DNA of 64,000 nt from Candidatus Poribacteria bacterium (GTDB lineage Bacteria > Poribacteria > WGA-4E > WGA-3G), in contig CBDANF010000002.1 in the NCBI GenBank assembly GCA_965197475.1, positions 576,001 through 640,000 on the forward strand. Reading direction: 5' to 3'. A program made the translations under genes and the position numbers. This document shows positions 59,914 to 64,000 of the stretch, piece after piece (position 1 is the stretch's first letter; each line of letters begins with the position of its first letter). The notes beneath the pieces are model-generated. The model did no database searches, was not told where the DNA came from, and saw only the letters and a program-made list of their open reading frames with translations.

Positions 59914-60389
59914 ACGTGAGTTCGAAAAATGCCGTAGGGAATCAACGCCGAATGCGCTTTGGGCATCCAGCGGGGTAGAACAACGTGAAACCCAACTATT
60001 TTTCACACCCCAACGGTTGAATTGTTGGGTTTCGCTGCGCTCTACCCATAGCTGTCAATTTAGTGTGCTATATGCAAAAAAGATGCTGATTTGTGATGAA
60101 AGCAGCACCAACGGTGATAGAAAACAGCCTCAAACAAATGCCATACGCGCATTTGGCGTTGATTCGCGGGGCAGCATGCTGCATGAGGTGTCTGACAACA
60201 TGTGCACATATACACCTTTCGCCCCTCTGGGGCTTGAATTTGGTAGGGGTCGCGTGTCTGGACACCTTTCGCCCCTCTGGGGCTTAGATATCCAAAATAT
60301 AGGTTTATTTCCTTAAATTGACACCTATGGGTTTCGCTGCGCTCTACCCAACCTACATCTACATTTGGATCTTATTATCGAACTCACGT
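59914..60389. mobile_element. Outer MITE (family D) containing a nested family C element
   Basis: TIR acgtgagttcga / tcgaactcacgt; flanking duplication gtacttta. Confidence 0.75.
60047..60329. mobile_element. MITE family C, copy 2, with a 19-bp target duplication
   Basis: catagctgtcaattta / taaattgacacctatg; flanks ggtttcgctgcgctctacc. Confidence 0.8.
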
Positions 60390-60462
60390 GTACTTTAAGG
60401 CGTAACAAGATTACTAATTTCTGTGTTGCTTCAATTCAAGAAATTACTTTGAAAGGAGAATT

Positions 60463-61332
60463 ATGAAACGTATCCAGAATGCATTGGTTCTATTTTTACT
60501 CATCCTCACTGCACCCGCGTGGGCATGGTGGGGCGGCGGACATGACATCCTTACCCAAGCATCGGTAAAAACGCTACCGGAAGAGATGCCCGAATTTTTC
60601 CGTTCAGCTTCAGCCGAGAAAATGATTGCGCATTGCGCTTACGACCCTGATGTATCTAAGAATCGCGATATGCCGCACGCTCGGGTAGCCGAACACGGGG
60701 AACACTACTTTGATCTTGAACTCATCAAAGAAAATCCGATACCAGCGGATCGAGATGCTTTTATGAAATTATGTGCAGAAATGAGGCTTGAACCGAGTAA
60801 AGTTGGATTTCTACCCTATACAGTGGCAGAATGGACAGAACGTCTTGCAATTGCTTTTGCTGAGTATCGGAAATGGCCCGATAATCCCATAATCCAGTAT
60901 AAGTGTTATGTATATGCTGGTTTTCTCGGACACTACGCGGAAGATATGTGCCAACCCTTGCACCTGACAGTACATTTCGACGGAATCGTTCAGAAAGATG
61001 GAACAAAATTACATGACGGTATCCATGAAAAAGTTGATGCTGCAATTGAAACCTTGAAACTGGATCCGGCTGAACTTGCAAAAAACCAAAAAATTGAACC
61101 TGTTGACGATTTGATGCAGGCAATTGTCAAACAGATTAAAGCAGGACACAGTTTGGTAGACAGCGTTTACGATCTTGCGCAGGACTTCCAAAGCCTTGGT
61201 AACCCTACACCTGCATTGCAAGATTTTACAAAAGACCGCTCGCGAGAATCCGTGCGTTGGACTGCATCACTGTTTCTCACAGCGTGGAAATTATCTGAAG
61301 ACTTGAAACTACCAGGATGGCTTGAACGCTAA
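60463..61332 (+). CDS. S1/P1 nuclease / zinc phospholipase C superfamily exported protein
   Basis: Signal peptide followed by WWGGGH; HYFDL, GHYAED..QPLH and IHEKVD. Confidence 0.82.
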   Translation: MKRIQNALVLFLLILTAPAWAWWGGGHDILTQASVKTLPEEMPEFFRSASAEKMIAHCAYDPDVSKNRDMPHARVAEHGEHYFDLELIKENPIPADRDAFMKLCAEMRLEPSKVGFLPYTVAEWTERLAIAFAEYRKWPDNPIIQYKCYVYAGFLGHYAEDMCQPLHLTVHFDGIVQKDGTKLHDGIHEKVDAAIETLKLDPAELAKNQKIEPVDDLMQAIVKQIKAGHSLVDSVYDLAQDFQSLGNPTPALQDFTKDRSRESVRWTASLFLTAWKLSEDLKLPGWLER

Positions 61333-61487
61333 TAATCCAAGTTGCTATTTAGAAAATTTCAAGTGGGAAGACATTGTTTCAATTGGAAAATTCAAGGATT
61401 TTCCTCTGATTCTGATGTTTCCGCTGTCCATCGGGGTTAGAAACCCCTCCTACAAGAAGATTCGGGAAAAGGTGGCAACTTGGATTA
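61333..61487. repeat. Element bounded by 13-bp perfect inverted repeats (MITE-like)
   Basis: taatccaagttgc / gcaacttggatta with an internal REP-like hairpin. Confidence 0.55.
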
Positions 61488-61513
61488 AATATTAAATGTT
61501 CAGAAAATTTGGA

Positions 61514-61542
61514 TTGACACAAGATAGATTTTGTGGTATCTT
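61514..61542 (+). promoter_or_regulatory. Sigma-70 promoter upstream of the tusA-like gene
   Basis: TTGACA-N17-TATCTT with an extended TG. Confidence 0.6.
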
Positions 61543-61548
61543 ATTTTT

Positions 61549-61812
61549 ATGAAAGAAAAGAATAAATTACCAGATATTACTCCAGATGCTGTTTTCGATT
61601 TAGGAGAACTCGGATGCGGTGACTTGATTATCGCACTATTGAAATCTATGAGAACTCTTGATTCGGGGCAGATAGCACAAGTTCGTGCAGTCGACCCAGG
61701 CGCACCTGTGGACATCGCGGCATGGTGTAATATGATAGGCAATGAACTTCTCGCTGATTGTTGCGGTGAAGACAATGCCTATTTTTATATTAAAAAAGGA
61801 GATAATTCTTAA
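61549..61812 (+). CDS. TusA/SirA-family sulfur carrier-like protein
   Basis: DLGELGCG, DPGAPVDIAAWC...GN.L. Confidence 0.8.
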   Translation: MKEKNKLPDITPDAVFDLGELGCGDLIIALLKSMRTLDSGQIAQVRAVDPGAPVDIAAWCNMIGNELLADCCGEDNAYFYIKKGDNS

Positions 61813-62171
61813 TGGCAAAGTTGATGATAAGCATTACGCACGCGAAAGATAATACCGACAAAGCCACTGTCGGTTTTGTTGTTGCGAATGCTTCTGTTGC
61901 GTCCGGTGTTGAAACCGTTGTATTTCTTAGCACAGAGGGCGTACACCTTTCACAGAACGGTTACGCAGATGATATACACGAAGAAGGTTTTGCACCGCTG
62001 AAACAACTGATGGCGGATTTCGCCGAAGTAGGTGGAACAATTTGGATTTGTTCACCTTGCTTCAAAAAACGTAATCTTGCTGAAGATAATTTAGTGGATA
62101 GTGCCCTAATTGTTGGTGGTGCTAAGGCTGTTGAGTTCTTAATCACTGGCGGTTCTTGTATTACCTATTGA
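61812..62171 (+). CDS. DsrE/DsrF-family protein
   Basis: VFLSTEGV and WICSPCFKKR; translationally coupled to the tusA-like gene. Confidence 0.85.
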   Translation: MAKLMISITHAKDNTDKATVGFVVANASVASGVETVVFLSTEGVHLSQNGYADDIHEEGFAPLKQLMADFAEVGGTIWICSPCFKKRNLAEDNLVDSALIVGGAKAVEFLITGGSCITY

Positions 62172-62354
62172 CATTGGGAGAAGGAGTTCCTGCTGACTCC
62201 AGCAGAAACATCCATAAGGGATCGGTTGAATCCCCAGCGTAATAAAAGAGACTCCCTTCCATTGTGGAATAGGTTTCCTACCCAAAGTTTCTCAAGCATT
62301 TTCACGACTTTGTAGGCACAACTTCCTTGGAAGGGATTCTCATTTCAGATACCC
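62172..62354. ncRNA. Candidate structured RNA, family unknown
   Basis: A long interrupted hairpin (62248-62341), two short hairpins and an alternative pairing; strand undetermined. Confidence 0.4.
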
Positions 62355-62377
62355 TAAAATATCATATCAAAATATAA

Positions 62378-63516
62378 CGCAATAAGTCGTTTTGGACTTG
62401 GAAGTTTTTATTTTTCAGATTTCTCACGTTATACTTTCGGTGAGAAGCTTCTCAAAGATGTTGGTTTCTCGGTAGTTATATTTATAGCCTGCCTCTGCGA
62501 GATACAGGGGCGTGTATCTTGTTGAGTAGTGGTGTTGTTGTCCATACCATGCCCTCTTGACGAAAGACCAAAAGCCTTCCATCGTATTGGTATGGATGTC
62601 GCCAGCCTCCCATTTCTCACTACGGTTAAGTGTCTCATGTTTCATTTCCTTACCGATTTCGTTGTAGCTTCTATACTGATCGGTAATGAGTTCAGAATCT
62701 TCGGTATTGACGAATCTGTTGATGAAGTCGGAGATCGTCTCACCAGTGGCGTTGGATACGAGTTGTGCGATGGCGTGTCCACCACGTGCGACTGCGCCCA
62801 GCACGGCATCTTTAGCGGTGCCGCGTCCGCGTTTACGGGGTTCACCATCCTCCCGGTCATAGTCTTTGCGACGCTTACCACCGATATAGGTTTCATCTGC
62901 TTCAATGACCCCTTGTAGTAGGACATTATCCTTTCCCATCTCTGTGCGTATAGCCATCATTAGACACCAAGCAGCTTTCTGTTTCATCCCTAAATCGCGC
63001 GCAAGTTGATGGGAGGACAAACTTTTCTTTGCGTTTGCCATGAGAGCGATAGCGAGAAACCACTTTTGGAGCGGTATCTTCGTGCCGTGAAATATTGTGC
63101 CGTGTGTCACCTTGAATGTAGCACGGCAATCGTGGCAGTTCCAGCGTCCGACACGCCCAACCTCGTGTTCGTTCCGCCTTCGGACGTTTAGACTTGGACA
63201 ATGCGGGCATTCTGGCGATTCTTTCCATCGGAGCCGCTCCAGATATTCGATGCAATCCTCTTGCGTTGAGAACGTCTTCATCACCTTGATTAAATCCATC
63301 AGAAAACACTCCTGTTTTTTGGAGTTGCATTTTTCTGATAGTTTCTGATACAATATCAGATAAGTGTGAACCAGAAAAGCAACTCGCTTTTTTGAGTTTC
63401 AAATAGGGGGTTGATACCCCCTATTTTCTTACTGATATTATACTATGAAAACCCTTTATTTACAAGGGTTTAGCGCACTTTTCCAACTTTTGTCAAGTCC
63501 AAAACGACTTATTCCG
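62378..63516 (-). mobile_element. IS1595-family element (transposase 62424-63299)
   Basis: TIR cg(c/g)aataagtcgttttggacttg; CPHC zinc ribbon, IEADETYIGG, ITD and TNTMEGFWS; no TSD. Confidence 0.93.
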
Positions 63517-63523
63517 TAAAGAA

Positions 63524-64000
63524 ATGGTTATAGCAGGAACAATGTACGAAATACGAGATAGCGAAAAAGTTGTAACTGAGGCAGCATACAAAAGAAGGTA
63601 TGACGCGCTTGTCGGCGATATGTACCCAGAGGACGCTGTCGCCTTCCTTGAAATATATCAAATTTATAACCCACTCATTTTAGCCGAACTGAAACCTCGC
63701 CGCGCCATTGACTATCTCTATAAAGTGAGGGCGCGTCAGAAAAACAGAGAAACCTACGCAAAAAGTGTCCTTGCCAGAGACCCAGGCAATCCGAATGCCC
63801 AAATGGTGCTGCTGAGTGCAGAACCGAATAACGCGACAGCGGCTGCGGGATACCGAGATATCGTCAACAGAGAACCTGAGAACATCGGTGCACTCAACGC
63901 ATTAGGATATCGTTTACATTACGACCATCCAGAGGAGGCAATTGGATACCTAAAGAAAGCAAACGGTCTTGACTCCACACTTGGGTATTTTAGTTTAGGA
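63524..64000 (+). pseudogene. 5'-truncated paralog of the TPR-like gene at 12842-14318; runs off the window
   Basis: Manual translation MVIAGTMYEIRDSEKVVTEAA...LHYDHPEEAI matches 13188-13666 and starts right at the IS end. Confidence 0.85.

Noticed and set aside
62175-62261. tRNA or tRNA-Sec (segment ends in CCA)
   Set aside because: No TTCGA T-loop, D-loop or proper cloverleaf spacing.

Overview
A 64-kb bacterial window, most likely from a Candidatus Poribacteria-like genome. That assignment is an inference from the WD40 and dockerin exoproteins, the sulfatase, the PL1 lyase and the AAA/PD-(D/E)XK family gene. From left to right it holds: a type II secretion operon (gspE-F-G-H-I-J-K plus a PilM/PilN-like fusion running off the left edge); an IS630 element; a sigma-70 factor and nfuA; a cassette of a TPR-like membrane protein, a secreted zinc metalloprotease with dockerins, and three WD40-dockerin genes; a beta-RFAP synthase gene; a TolC/MacA/ABC-ATPase set split by a defence islet (HEPN-like, Mrr_N-like, EcoRI-type methyltransferase, DUF262-HNH); a second, inverted copy of the TPR-like + metalloprotease cassette; assorted metabolic genes; two IS1595 elements; and a third, truncated TPR-like paralog at the right edge. 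The best candidate for an undescribed system is the repeated cassette: a conserved ~70-nt leader, a membrane-anchored TPR-like partner, and a secreted archaemetzincin-like protease with swappable C-termini. In copy 1 it is linked to near-identical WD40-dockerin paralogs whose differences cluster at predicted binding-face positions. The intergenic DNA carries several MITE and REP families, one with 19-20 bp target duplications inside REP hairpins, and one candidate structured RNA. All family calls are by eye from motifs; no searches were run.
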